A DNA stretch of 64,000 bases from a virus (lineage: Duplodnaviria > Caudoviricetes). The notes under the pieces are model-generated. The model was not told the origin of the DNA and made no database searches. It saw nothing but the letters and a program-made list of their open reading frames with translations. Every line of letters begins with the position of its first letter. Positions within the stretch are counted from its first letter, which is position 1. The position numbers and the translations under genes were made by a program. Shown piece after piece: positions 18,841-29,585 of this stretch. Location: positions 32,001 to 96,000 of the IMG/VR virus record IMGVR_UViG_3300034161_000008. One strand, written 5' to 3'.

Positions 18841-21800
18841 ATGGCCACTAAAAAGGGCGGACCAGGCAACTTCGAGGCGGATGACTACGATTTCGATAGC
18901 GGTCTGGACATGCCAGACTTTGACTTCGATGCCAAAGAGCCGCCCGACAATCGAAAGCCTACGACCAAGATCGCAACAAGCTTCGCAGCCGGTGCCAAAG
19001 ACGCTGTTCTCAGCGGTAGTTTTTTGCGTAACCAGATCAAGCGAAATCTTCCACAGGGGTATGGCAAAGGTCTTGATTTAGCGGACCAAAGCGTAGCCAC
19101 CCTCAGGAACCTATACAATACTAGCGCCACCGAGCTTAAGCCGATGGTCAGCGAGCTTAAGCGCACGACCAAGCGCATTATGCCCGCCGCTAGTAAGTTC
19201 ATGCCTAAAGGTGCGGCAGATTTGCTCACCCAGTGGTCGAACAATGAAGACAAAAAAGGTGGCACCCTTAGCGCTGACCAGATCCGTGAAGACGGTCTGA
19301 ACTCGCAACTGGGCGACATCTTTAAGTATCAGCAACAGCAGGAAGGCCAGAACAAAGCAGAGGCTGACGCTAAGGCAGGGATCAACGAGCAGATCGCTCT
19401 GTCCCGCCACCGCGACCAGCTCGGCCAGCTCGATGCCATCCGTCTGTCCACCAGTGCCCTGCAACAGTATCAGGACAAAGTCACGTCCCAGTACCAGCGC
19501 AAGTCTCTGGAGCTGCAATACCGTTCGTACTTCGTAGCCATGGATGCGCTCGAAGAACAAAAGAAAGTCAACGTCACAACCACCGAACAACTGGCTAACA
19601 TTGCCAAGAACACAGCATTGCCGGAATATGTAAAGATTACCCAATCTGAGCGTGCTGCCGAGATGCTGCGTAACAAGTTCATGTCCGGTGTGGCTGACAC
19701 GATCTTCAACAAGCGCAATGGATTCTTGCGTGACTTCCAGAAGAACTTGGTCAAGGGTGTCAAAACCCGAGTCGGGGACTTCGCCAGTAATGTTCGCTCA
19801 GGCATCAGTGCCGCAGACTCAATCCTCGACATCCAAGAGATGCAAAACGAGATGGGTGGTGGTCCGGAAGCTTCCGAGATCATTGCGAACATGGCGGGTG
19901 GTGCAGTTGGTGATTCCCTGGGCGGTCGTCTGGGTAAAGCCATCGGCAAGGTGCTCAAGAAGAACAAAGGCGTGCGTAAGTTTGGCAACAAGCTTGCGTA
20001 TACCGCTGAGAACCTCCCACAGACCGCCTGGGACTACGCAGAAGGTAACAAGCATGATGACGCACCTATTATTGGTGGCATCGTCAGGCTCATCAAGGAA
20101 GCTGCTGGCAACGGTCGTGCAGACAACTCGATGGACGTTGATTCCCTGAAGTCGATGCAACAACCGGGGATCTTTACCAACCAAACCCGCAAGACGATCA
20201 ACGAAGTTATTCCGGGTCTCTTGGCACGCATGTATCAAGAGCTCCAGATCATCCGTACAGGCGACTCGTCTATCGACCTGATGCGGTATGACTTCAAAAA
20301 GAACAAGTTTGCTGCGGACAAAACAATCCGTCAGGAAGCTTACTCCAAACTGGTCTCCAAGTCTGACATTGACTCGCACCAAGAGGACGTCGACAAACTC
20401 CTCAACGAAGTCGATCCAGAAAAAACCAAGCTGTCGCCTGAAGCACGCAAAGCATTGGGTCAACAACTGCTTCGAGATAACCTCAAGAACAAGTTGGCCT
20501 CTCCGGAACGTCTCTCTGACTACAACACGTGGTCGGGTGGTGCAACGGGTGCGCATGCTGATAACATCTCTGAAGTTTTCGGCGAACACTTTAAAGGTGA
20601 CGACGAAGGCGCCCGTGCTCTGAAGTTCTCCCAAGGCTACAACCGCCTTGGTCGTGGGTTCTCCGATACACGGGAGCAAACCCAAGAGTACCTCAACGCA
20701 GGTTTCCATGACTTGTTGAGAGACATGGGGCTGCTGGGTGATGATGGGCAGTTCGACCAAAACAAACTGGTGGACTACTACAATGGTTCTGCAACCTACG
20801 ATGCCAAAGGCTCACTCGCAACTGGTGGTGTCCGTAAGCGGGGACTTGGTGGGCCACGTGGTGGTAAGCCTGGTCCTCGCAACAACGGACCTCAACCTCG
20901 CGGTCCAGTACCTCCAACTCCATCAGGCCCAACTGATGGCGGACTGGTGGGTCGCCTCGACACTTCGAAACTTGAGTCCCTGGTCTCGGAAACCTCAGTC
21001 AAGTCTGAAGTAACTCAGATCGTTGACATCCTCACCAAGATCGCTGCTGGTCTGGAAAAGGGTATCAACCTGAACCTGACTGACGACGACGCTGATCCAG
21101 ATTCTGTCCGTGGCCGTAAACGCAAGAAGTTCTCCGACTACACTGTCAAAGATGGTATCGACGGTGCTGCTGGTGGTTTGCGTTGGGGCTTTAATAAAGG
21201 CAGCAAGTTTGCCAACGAGCTGTATGGCAATGCTTTCTCTGCGGGCAAGAAGGCGTGGGGCGGTATCAAGTCTGGTTTCGGCAAGGGTAAGGATTGGGCC
21301 AAAGGTAAGCTTGACGATTTCTCCGACGTTTATATCGACGGCAAAGTCACACCACTCTTGCAATCCTGGAGACTCAAGGGCGGCAAGTACAAGGATGAGG
21401 CTACTGGCCTGATCCTCAAGAAGTGGAGCGACGCAACTGGAGCTATCCGGGACATCGAAACAGGTGAGCTGATTACGCCTGAGCAGATGAAAGACGCCTT
21501 CTCCAAAACCAAGTACGGCAAAGCGTTGTTCACGAAAGTGGCTGAGCTTAAAGACTGGGGGATGAAGAAGCTGGGTCAGGGCATCACCATGGCAAACACC
21601 GTTTATGGCGGTGCATGGACTCTGGCTAAGCACGCCTATGGTCTCCTCGACCAACCGTGTGATGTTTACGTACAGGGCCGTTCTGAGCCTGTGCTGCTTG
21701 CGATGATGATGCGTGCTGGTAACGCTTACTTCTCCAAGCTGAACAAACACCCGATCACCAAACCTAGCCAGATTGACGGGCCGGTGGTGAACGAGAAAGG

Positions 21801-24800
21801 CGAGGAAGTTCTGACGGAGGAGATGCTCAAAGGCGGGATCTACGGTCAAGACGGTAAGGTGCTCAAAACAGGCTGGCGTAAAGCGCTTCAGTTTGGGGTG
21901 GACATTGCAACCAAAGGCTGGGACCGCCTGAAGAAGATGGGCAAGTGGGCTAAGGACAAAGCAACCGGTTTGTACAACGGAGCTTCTGATCTCTTGGGTG
22001 GTGCTATCGGCAAGATCACAGGACCAGACGGTCTGATTGTTGCTGGCGGCTCCAAGATCCATGACGTGCTCATCGACATCTACAACTTGCTCGATATGCG
22101 ACTGAAAGGGAAACCTACAGGTCTGCACGCTGGGCAAGGCTCCACAGGCGGCAAAGGTGGTGGTATCGCTAGCGGTGCTTCTCGTCTGCGTCAGGGTCTG
22201 AAAGAACGTTTCAAAGAAGCCAAGCTTGAAGAGAAGCTTGAGGCTGCTAAAGCCAAAGTCAAGAAGGTTGTAGGGGATCTTGACGGTGACGGCATTCGCG
22301 ACGGTAGCTGGCAGGACACCGCCCGCAAGAAAGCTCAACTCGCCCGCGACAAACTGACCTCCCTCGGTAGTCAGGGTCGTGACAAAGGTGAAGGCCTTTT
22401 TGCCAAGGGTAAAGGTGGTTTGGCATCCCTGTTGGCTGGCTGGCGTAAAAAAGATGAAGATAAGAAAGAGGACGACAAAGGGGAAGATTCCAGCCTTGAT
22501 CTGGGCGATGGTCCTGAGAAGGAGTCCAAAGCCGACAAGCGTGCGCGCAAGCGTGCTGAACGTCGTCGCATGTCTCGAGCTCGAGCTCGTCCTGGTATGG
22601 GCGGTCGCTTCGCTCGTGGAGCTGCTCGTGGCCGTACCGCAGCTGGGATGCTTGGTCGTGGTTTGGGAACTGCTGCTCGCGTCGCAGGTTCTGGTCTGGG
22701 TAGCACTGCTATGGGTGCCGCTCGATTAGGTGGTGCTGCGCTGATGGGTGGTGGCGGCCTGGCAGTCGATTTGGCTGTAGGTGCTGCTGGCATGATCCCA
22801 GGTTTGGTTGGTGGGGTTATGGGTGTTGGTGGTGCGCTGTTGTCTGGTGCTGCTGCATTGCTTGCGTCTCCTGTTGTATTGGGGGCGCTGGCAGTTGGTG
22901 CATTGGGTGCTGCCGCGTACTACGGCTACAAGTACCTGACTAAGAAGCGCCTGGATACCTTGAGCACAGTGCGTTACGCTCAGTATGGTTTCATCGCTTC
23001 CGACGAAGATCACTTGCAACCAGTGATGGGTCTGGAAGACAAAGTGTTCAAAGGCGTTAAGTTCACTGACGGGGTGGCAACACTCTCGATGGATGGGCTG
23101 GACGTTAAAGACATGGCGGAATCTTTCGGGGTCGATCTCAAGAACGCTGCCCAAGTCAACTCTTGGTTTGGCTGGTTCAAAGACCGTTTCAAACCTGTGT
23201 ATTTGACAGCGTTGACTGCGGCCTACAAAACGAACCCTAAAGTCAAACTCGAAGACGTAGACAAAGACCTGTCGGCCACTGAGCGACAAACGTTCTTGAA
23301 CTTGTCTAAGTTCTTGGAAGGTCCGTACAACGTCCTCAACTCTCCGTTCGATGCTACGAAGTTGTTGCAGGCTGATTACTCGGTGGTGAAAACTGCTGTG
23401 GAACTGGCTGAAGCAACCATCGCTAAACTGGTAGCGGATCATCCTGCTACAGAAGCTGAGAAGCTCGCACAAGCTGCTGCATTGGGCAAAGGCGCAGCGA
23501 CGATGGATCAACTTAAGGACGCAGAGGGTAACCGCTTTAAGACAGACGCTGAAAAGGCGGCGTACGACAAAGCACATCCGAAGATCAATGCGGGCAACCG
23601 CATGCTAATCGGCGGTGGGATGGGTGCGGCTACAGCTTTGACCATAGCGGGTGCAAACCTGCCGAAGTCGCGTATCCAGGATGGTAAAGTCGATGCTCTG
23701 ACGTGCGTTCGTTACAAGACGTACGGTTTGGTTGAGATGGAACTGCCTAAAGTGAAGGCTATCGATGCGCTCGAAATGGCGATGGAGAAAGACCTGACCT
23801 TTGGCTCCACTGGTATTGCGACGTGGAAAGGCGACCCTAACGTACTGATGACCGCTCATGGTGGTGACTTCGGTGTCGTGGGGACAACTAACCAGAAGGC
23901 TCAGGATTGGCTGGCGTGGTTTAACTACCGCTACCTCCCGACGTACCTGAACTATGCGACGTCTATCAAACGCAACACTGGTAAGGAATCACCCTCCCAA
24001 GGTTCGGACGCTTTGAAACCGGTCCAAGCCATTGACGTAGCCACAGCGATCTACACCACCACGTCGGCTTACGACTCCCGGATGCTTCCTGTCTGGACGG
24101 TGACTCGCTCGCCATTCTTTGGCTACGTTCTGAACGGTGACGTTAAGTCCGTTGATGCGAACATGCAGGCGTTGAAAAACGTAGCTAAGTCGGTAATCCT
24201 CAACGAGGCGAAAGGGAAGATCACTGACGATACTCTGAACAAACCAGAGAACGCGTTGCTCAAAAAGCAGATCGACCAATACGCACCGAAGAAAGGGGTT
24301 GATTTCAGCAAGAACCCATCGATGCTGCTCTCGACGGTTGAGAAAGGCAAGAACATGGACATGACCAAGTTCACCGGCGCTTATCGCGGTGGCCAAGGTC
24401 AGGGTTACTCGATGTTGCTTAACGGGGCTGGTGGTTACACCGGCGGCGGTGCTGTAAACCATCCGGGTAATGGTACTGGCGGAGACATCAACAAACTGCC
24501 AGATGCTACGGGCAAAGGCTGGGCAGCAACCAAAGACACCATTATGGGTGCTGCTGCAATGGCGGGGGTTGATCCAAGTCTGATGGCGGCCATTGCTGCT
24601 GTTGAGTCTGGGTTCGATCCTAAGGTCGGTGCGGGTACTTCGTCGGCTACAGGTCTCTATCAGTTCATCGATAGTACGTGGAAATCGATGTTGTCCAAGT
24701 ATGGTGCCAAGTACGGGATTGATCCTAGTACCAAGCCTACTGACGCACGAGCTAACGCCTTGCTGGGTGCGGAGTTCATGAAGGAGAACATGGCGTCGCT

Positions 24801-25761
24801 GAAAAGCTCGCTTGATCGCCCTATCACGGACGTGGACGTTTACATGGCTCACTTCCTCGGCCCTTCTGGGGCTAAGAAGTTCCTGTCGGCAAGTCCTAAC
24901 ACGATCGCTGCGCAACTGATGCCTGATGCGGCTAGTGCGAACCAACCTATCTTCTACGATGGTAGTCGCGCTCGTACGACTGGTGAAATCTACCAGTTGC
25001 TCGGTAACCGTATCAAGACTCGTCTCGGCGAGTTTGGTGTCAAGGTGGGCGCTGCTGCTGCTGCTGCCCCAGCAACTCCGGGCGGCATGCCAGCACTCCC
25101 ACCTGCTGCAAACGATCCATCCGCTACTCCATCGGCTGCTCCTGCTGTTCCGTCGATGCTTGCTCCAATGGGTCCAAAAGCGTCGGGGGCTCCTGCTCCT
25201 GAAGGCATGACGCTACCGGGCCCAACGTCTGCTGAGATTGCAGCGAAGAAAGCTTACGACATTGCAAACCCACTGCAAGCTACTCCTGCGGTGTTGGCTG
25301 CCCGTAAGCAGACTGAAGATGCGATGAATGAGTCCGCGCCTGCCGCGGCTCCCGCCTCTACTGCGAACCCTCTGGGGATCAAAGTACGAGACACCTCCCC
25401 TGCTCCTGTAGCTGCCTCCATGGGCAGTCAGGTTCCTGCTGCGGTGCCTTCGGGTCCGTCGGTAGATCCTGAGGTAGGTCGTTCTCTCATGGCGCTCTCT
25501 CCTCGTGCTCGTAACGGCGAGACTCAGCAGGCTGATAGTGCAGCTTCTGTTGCCGCTGCCGCAAACGGTACTACCGCTGCGGTTCTGGCAGGTAACGAGA
25601 TCGCGACAGCACAGCTTGATGTAATGAAGCAAGTGTTGGCTGAGATCAAACGGAATGGTTCGGGCAACCCAATGACGCAGCAAAGCGGTGCCCCACAGGC
25701 ACAACCCCGCCAAGCTGGTTTGACGCCAACGGGTCCGATCAGTCTGAAGAAGCCTGCGTAA
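18841..25761 (+). CDS. Tape measure protein with lytic transglycosylase domain (phiKZ gp181-like)
   Basis: 2306 aa; SLT motifs AIAAVESGFDP (Glu near 24604) and GLYQFIDSTW; hydrophobic Gly/Ala segment; AGGAG SD. Confidence 0.9.
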   Translation: MATKKGGPGNFEADDYDFDSGLDMPDFDFDAKEPPDNRKPTTKIATSFAAGAKDAVLSGSFLRNQIKRNLPQGYGKGLDLADQSVATLRNLYNTSATELKPMVSELKRTTKRIMPAASKFMPKGAADLLTQWSNNEDKKGGTLSADQIREDGLNSQLGDIFKYQQQQEGQNKAEADAKAGINEQIALSRHRDQLGQLDAIRLSTSALQQYQDKVTSQYQRKSLELQYRSYFVAMDALEEQKKVNVTTTEQLANIAKNTALPEYVKITQSERAAEMLRNKFMSGVADTIFNKRNGFLRDFQKNLVKGVKTRVGDFASNVRSGISAADSILDIQEMQNEMGGGPEASEIIANMAGGAVGDSLGGRLGKAIGKVLKKNKGVRKFGNKLAYTAENLPQTAWDYAEGNKHDDAPIIGGIVRLIKEAAGNGRADNSMDVDSLKSMQQPGIFTNQTRKTINEVIPGLLARMYQELQIIRTGDSSIDLMRYDFKKNKFAADKTIRQEAYSKLVSKSDIDSHQEDVDKLLNEVDPEKTKLSPEARKALGQQLLRDNLKNKLASPERLSDYNTWSGGATGAHADNISEVFGEHFKGDDEGARALKFSQGYNRLGRGFSDTREQTQEYLNAGFHDLLRDMGLLGDDGQFDQNKLVDYYNGSATYDAKGSLATGGVRKRGLGGPRGGKPGPRNNGPQPRGPVPPTPSGPTDGGLVGRLDTSKLESLVSETSVKSEVTQIVDILTKIAAGLEKGINLNLTDDDADPDSVRGRKRKKFSDYTVKDGIDGAAGGLRWGFNKGSKFANELYGNAFSAGKKAWGGIKSGFGKGKDWAKGKLDDFSDVYIDGKVTPLLQSWRLKGGKYKDEATGLILKKWSDATGAIRDIETGELITPEQMKDAFSKTKYGKALFTKVAELKDWGMKKLGQGITMANTVYGGAWTLAKHAYGLLDQPCDVYVQGRSEPVLLAMMMRAGNAYFSKLNKHPITKPSQIDGPVVNEKGEEVLTEEMLKGGIYGQDGKVLKTGWRKALQFGVDIATKGWDRLKKMGKWAKDKATGLYNGASDLLGGAIGKITGPDGLIVAGGSKIHDVLIDIYNLLDMRLKGKPTGLHAGQGSTGGKGGGIASGASRLRQGLKERFKEAKLEEKLEAAKAKVKKVVGDLDGDGIRDGSWQDTARKKAQLARDKLTSLGSQGRDKGEGLFAKGKGGLASLLAGWRKKDEDKKEDDKGEDSSLDLGDGPEKESKADKRARKRAERRRMSRARARPGMGGRFARGAARGRTAAGMLGRGLGTAARVAGSGLGSTAMGAARLGGAALMGGGGLAVDLAVGAAGMIPGLVGGVMGVGGALLSGAAALLASPVVLGALAVGALGAAAYYGYKYLTKKRLDTLSTVRYAQYGFIASDEDHLQPVMGLEDKVFKGVKFTDGVATLSMDGLDVKDMAESFGVDLKNAAQVNSWFGWFKDRFKPVYLTALTAAYKTNPKVKLEDVDKDLSATERQTFLNLSKFLEGPYNVLNSPFDATKLLQADYSVVKTAVELAEATIAKLVADHPATEAEKLAQAAALGKGAATMDQLKDAEGNRFKTDAEKAAYDKAHPKINAGNRMLIGGGMGAATALTIAGANLPKSRIQDGKVDALTCVRYKTYGLVEMELPKVKAIDALEMAMEKDLTFGSTGIATWKGDPNVLMTAHGGDFGVVGTTNQKAQDWLAWFNYRYLPTYLNYATSIKRNTGKESPSQGSDALKPVQAIDVATAIYTTTSAYDSRMLPVWTVTRSPFFGYVLNGDVKSVDANMQALKNVAKSVILNEAKGKITDDTLNKPENALLKKQIDQYAPKKGVDFSKNPSMLLSTVEKGKNMDMTKFTGAYRGGQGQGYSMLLNGAGGYTGGGAVNHPGNGTGGDINKLPDATGKGWAATKDTIMGAAAMAGVDPSLMAAIAAVESGFDPKVGAGTSSATGLYQFIDSTWKSMLSKYGAKYGIDPSTKPTDARANALLGAEFMKENMASLKSSLDRPITDVDVYMAHFLGPSGAKKFLSASPNTIAAQLMPDAASANQPIFYDGSRARTTGEIYQLLGNRIKTRLGEFGVKVGAAAAAAPATPGGMPALPPAANDPSATPSAAPAVPSMLAPMGPKASGAPAPEGMTLPGPTSAEIAAKKAYDIANPLQATPAVLAARKQTEDAMNESAPAAAPASTANPLGIKVRDTSPAPVAASMGSQVPAAVPSGPSVDPEVGRSLMALSPRARNGETQQADSAASVAAAANGTTAAVLAGNEIATAQLDVMKQVLAEIKRNGSGNPMTQQSGAPQAQPRQAGLTPTGPISLKKPA

Positions 25762-25828
25762 ACGGTCATCGATCCCACAAGGACGTGGGATTGTATGATT
25801 ATCTTTAACTCTTGTTAGGAGTAGGAAA

Positions 25829-27787
25829 ATGGGTCCTCTGTTGAAGGACGCCAGTTGGGTCCGTCAGTCCTTCCTTGTGGAAGCGGAATACCTCGAAGAC
25901 ATTGACCTGGCGAACCGAACGTTCTCCTCAGTTTCGACGAAATTCACTGACACAACTCCTGGTGGCAGTTTTGCTATTAACGCTCCACCCCAATTCACAC
26001 GACACGCTGATATCAAGCGCAAAGGTATCTTTGTCGGTTCCAAAGGCATGGGTCGCTACTACAGCGAGGCTATCGACGACAACAGCCGTCTAGTCCACAT
26101 GCGTTTCGGCGTGCCTCAGTTCAACAGCCTGACCACGTTCTTCACCGGGTTCTATAACTCAGGTGCTGGGCAGTTGGCTCGCACGGGTCGATCCAAGGGT
26201 TTGTTCTTCCTGATTGGTCGTGCGGTAGGCTTTGTGGTGACAACCCTGCACTGGCTGCCACTGGCGGTTAGTATTCTGGGTTACGGTTTGCGGTTCTTCC
26301 TGAACAAGCCTTCGAGCAAGTTCTATTACCTCAAGCCAACGATGGGTCTGTATTGGAACGCCGTGACCACCATCGTCAACCAGTTGGCGGTTTACACAGG
26401 CGTGATCCCTCGCTCAGGGGGTACTCCTGATTCCAACGAGAAGATGGGGGACCAATACGAGTTTGACGCTGCGGCACTCCAGAAGATGCACGAGCTGCTA
26501 CCTGACATCTTTAAAGAAGGTGGTGGTATCGACGTGTATGCTCTGGCGAACCGGGCACAACGTCTGGCCAACCGTCAGATCAAAGAAGTTCAGAAAGCGA
26601 TGGAAGAAGAGCAATCCGGTGCTGCACTGGCTGCTCGTCTGCGTAAGATCCGTTTGACCGCTGACAACAAGCCGGACCTGAACGATCACCTGTCGTACTA
26701 CTGGAAGTCCGAACCGTCCAAGCCTAAAGAAGCGACCACCTCGCCTATTAACGCTGACGGCACTGTGGCTACCGGCACTGATCCAACTCAGGCTCAACAA
26801 TCGGGTAACCTGTTCCAAGGCGACACCACGATTGAAGAAGGTCAGAAAGGTGAGAGCTGGTGGAGTGGCTTCAAAGAGTTCTTGAAAGCTGAACTGGATG
26901 ACGGTTCTGCCTTCGCGACCTTCCGTGTGGATGCTGGTGGTTCTGTGTCGGAGACTTTCTCCAGCACCGTAACCGAGTCGGAGATCGCGAACAAGATTAA
27001 CGACATGTCGTCTGAAAACCGTAAGTCCAACTTCAACTTCGCTGGTGGTAACATCATCGGGGGTGCGCTGGGTTCTGCGGTCGGTATGGTGACTGGCGCC
27101 GTTAAAGATTTGGTGGCGGGTATTGGTGAACAGATCCAGGTCTCTGGTCTGGCTGCATTGGGTGGTTCGGCTTTCGTAGACATCCCTAAACACTGGCAGA
27201 ACTCTTCGGCTAGCGTTGCAGCACCTTCGTACACGTTCTCCCTGATCTCTCCGTACGGCAACCCGATCAGTTTGTTGACCAACATCTACATCCCACTGGC
27301 AATGTTGCTGGCGGGTAGTCTGCCTCTGTCCACCGGTAAACAGTCCTACACCTCTCCATTCATTTGCGAGCTGTACGACCAAGGCCGTTGCCAGACACGA
27401 CTGGGGATGATTGACAACCTACAGATCACTCGCGGTGGCGGTAACCTGGGCTTCACTAACGAAGGCCAAGTTCTCCAGATCGACGTGAGCTTCTCTGTAG
27501 TGGACATGTCGTCCGTGCTGCACATGCCAATCACCAGTGGCTTCTCTTTGAACCCACTGGAAGGCGTGTTCGACGACGAAACCATCTTCACCGACTACAT
27601 GGCTGTTCTGGCAGGTTTGGGTCTGGCTGACCAGATCTATCCTTCACGCAAGATGAAACTGAACTGGACGCGCAAGATGGCGAACTGGGACAGCTTCTTC
27701 TCGACCACTCACTTTACAAGCTTTTTGGGGGATACCCCTCCGGGGCGTCTCTTCAGTGCCTTCTACCGTGGGACGAGTCGTTTTTAG
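25829..27787 (+). CDS. Baseplate hub-type protein (phiKZ gp182-like)
   Basis: 652 aa directly after the tape measure; SYTSPF...GMID.L.I.RG motif. Confidence 0.75.
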   Translation: MGPLLKDASWVRQSFLVEAEYLEDIDLANRTFSSVSTKFTDTTPGGSFAINAPPQFTRHADIKRKGIFVGSKGMGRYYSEAIDDNSRLVHMRFGVPQFNSLTTFFTGFYNSGAGQLARTGRSKGLFFLIGRAVGFVVTTLHWLPLAVSILGYGLRFFLNKPSSKFYYLKPTMGLYWNAVTTIVNQLAVYTGVIPRSGGTPDSNEKMGDQYEFDAAALQKMHELLPDIFKEGGGIDVYALANRAQRLANRQIKEVQKAMEEEQSGAALAARLRKIRLTADNKPDLNDHLSYYWKSEPSKPKEATTSPINADGTVATGTDPTQAQQSGNLFQGDTTIEEGQKGESWWSGFKEFLKAELDDGSAFATFRVDAGGSVSETFSSTVTESEIANKINDMSSENRKSNFNFAGGNIIGGALGSAVGMVTGAVKDLVAGIGEQIQVSGLAALGGSAFVDIPKHWQNSSASVAAPSYTFSLISPYGNPISLLTNIYIPLAMLLAGSLPLSTGKQSYTSPFICELYDQGRCQTRLGMIDNLQITRGGGNLGFTNEGQVLQIDVSFSVVDMSSVLHMPITSGFSLNPLEGVFDDETIFTDYMAVLAGLGLADQIYPSRKMKLNWTRKMANWDSFFSTTHFTSFLGDTPPGRLFSAFYRGTSRF

Positions 27788-27832
27788 CGTCATAGGCCCC
27801 AGCCCCGAAAAGGGCTGGGGCTGTATGCTGTC
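27788..27832. terminator. CATA-hairpin-TATG element between convergent genes
   Basis: CGTCATA-G-GCCCCCAGCCC-CGAAAA-GGGCTGGGGGC-TG-TATGCTG. Confidence 0.7.
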
Positions 27833-29018
27833 AGAAGTAGATGTTCTTCACTTTCTCGAACAGGTTCATGTCTGTCGAGTAAGCATCCTGTTTGGCTTTC
27901 TCTGCTTTGTAACCAGCCAGCCCAGTCAGTTGCAGTGGGTTGTCGGTGAGGCGCGAGTCTGCTTTGGCAGGTGCTTGGTAGGTGATAGGCGTAGTGGTGA
28001 TCGCCGGAGAGAAAGCCGCTGCCGAGAAATCAGACTTCAGACTGTCCGCTACAGAGGTCGACGAGAACACGTTAGCCAAAGAGTACATCGAACGATCTTT
28101 GGAATCATCCGAGGACTGGTTGGTAGACGCAGCACCAATGGCCGACTTAGCTGCCGGGGAAGCACCTTGAATCGTGGTGATGTCGGTGATCTTGCTGCCC
28201 AGACGAGAAGCTTTGTCCCAACCATTGTCTACAGCATCAAACGCACGAAAGATGCTCGAACCTTCAGACTGCAAGTCACGAACCGAGTTGTACGCAGGGT
28301 TGGTGTAGTTGCGGGAGAAGTCATTGAGAAGCTGAGGGTTCACAGCCTTCAGTACGCCCTGTGCGGTCCCTGCCGCTACACCGAGTAGGCCAGCGGTGTC
28401 AGAACCTCCCACAATGGCTGGTAGGATGTTACCGGCCACACGGTTTATGATGTTCGGGTCACGAATGGCCGAAACGATACCACCGAAGCTATTGGGGATG
28501 CCCAGTGCTGTCGCTTCGTTGATAATCCCCGTGTAGAGACCTGCCAGACCATCGTTGTCCTTGACCACGAAGTCGTAAGCGTCACCCGCCACATCAGAGA
28601 TCAGCGAACCCAAAGCTTTCACGTCAGCCACAGCTGAGGAACTAACTTTGGAGATCACACCACCGATGGATGCAAACACACCATCCTTTTCGTCGAACGC
28701 TCCGAGGATGCCATCCCCCACTTTGCTGGACAGGTCTTTAAAGCCAGCCAGTAGTCCCGAGTTAGAACCAATCACGCGTCCGATCAAAGCAGACTTGTCG
28801 ATGACCAACCCGGCAGCATCGATACCACGAACCACAGAGCCCATAGCAGCACTGAAGTCACCACCGCGCATGCTAGACAGCTTCGTCGTGTCAAAGCGCG
28901 TACGGATGTCCTGGATGCTGTTGATCACGGTGTTCGAAGACTTGGCGTAGACGTCTACCGTTGCGGCGGCGTCCTTGGCACCCGACGAGAAGGAGGTGGT
29001 CGTTAATGAACCAGCCAT
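27831..29018 (-). CDS. Probable virion structural protein
   Basis: Starts MAGSLTTTSF after GGAGG SD; Ser/Ala/Gly-rich; about 395 aa. Confidence 0.65.
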   Translation of the reverse strand: MAGSLTTTSFSSGAKDAAATVDVYAKSSNTVINSIQDIRTRFDTTKLSSMRGGDFSAAMGSVVRGIDAAGLVIDKSALIGRVIGSNSGLLAGFKDLSSKVGDGILGAFDEKDGVFASIGGVISKVSSSAVADVKALGSLISDVAGDAYDFVVKDNDGLAGLYTGIINEATALGIPNSFGGIVSAIRDPNIINRVAGNILPAIVGGSDTAGLLGVAAGTAQGVLKAVNPQLLNDFSRNYTNPAYNSVRDLQSEGSSIFRAFDAVDNGWDKASRLGSKITDITTIQGASPAAKSAIGAASTNQSSDDSKDRSMYSLANVFSSTSVADSLKSDFSAAAFSPAITTTPITYQAPAKADSRLTDNPLQLTGLAGYKAEKAKQDAYSTDMNLFEKVKNIYF

Positions 29019-29037
29019 AAAAACCTCCAAATAAACC

Positions 29038-29064
29038 AAAAAAAGAAGGACCGAAGTCCTTCTA
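29038..29064 (-). terminator. Classical intrinsic terminator
   Basis: Minus strand AGAAGGAC-TTCG-GTCCTTCT followed by a T run. Confidence 0.75.
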
Positions 29065-29081
29065 GTTAAGAGCGCCCAACC

Positions 29082-29585
29082 CTAGGGGTTAGACGCCACC
29101 TGTAGCTTTAGGTGCTTGCGGATCTTCTCCAAGCCCTCCATCAGCCAATCATAACCTAAAGGACGAATGGTGACTTGCCCATTGCCGCTCAGGTAGTAGT
29201 GCTTGAATGGCAGTGTGGATTCGACCATCAGTTGTTTAAGCACTGGGTTCTGGTTGAACTTGTGCCAGTTGCCAGCAATGATGATCTCGTGAAAGTTCTC
29301 AACCCTTACAGTCTCCACTGTACGGCCGAATGCTTTGGCTTGGTAGCCGACCATGTCACGCAAACACTGAACCGCAGGGTCTTCTGGGTTCTTGAGTTTG
29401 ATCCAGATCCAGAAAGCTTCCATGGACTTGAAAGCCCCATAGGTAGGATGGACAAACTCAGAGTACGCAAAGTGCGACGCCCGACGACCTATCTCCGTTT
29501 CGCCTTTGCTGTAGACGTTGATGAAGTCGACACCGTCTTTACCTTCGATGTCGTTGATCGCATTCTTGGGTGTTGGTTTACTCAT
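29082..29585 (-). CDS. Jumbo-phage NADAR-like protein
   Basis: DGVDFINVYSKG.T..GR..S.FA...F...G.F.SME.FW...LR...GY.AK..GR and KF.QNP.LK resemble NADAR motifs. Confidence 0.5.
   Translation of the reverse strand: MSKPTPKNAINDIEGKDGVDFINVYSKGETEIGRRASHFAYSEFVHPTYGAFKSMEAFWIWIKLKNPEDPAVQCLRDMVGYQAKAFGRTVETVRVENFHEIIIAGNWHKFNQNPVLKQLMVESTLPFKHYYLSGNGQVTIRPLGYDWLMEGLEKIRKHLKLQVASNP

Noticed and set aside
25040-25760. Ala/Pro-rich GCTGCT and CCTGCT runs as a microsatellite or contingency locus
   Set aside because: Low-complexity coding sequence of the tape-measure C-terminus with synonymous variation; no perfect tandem array.
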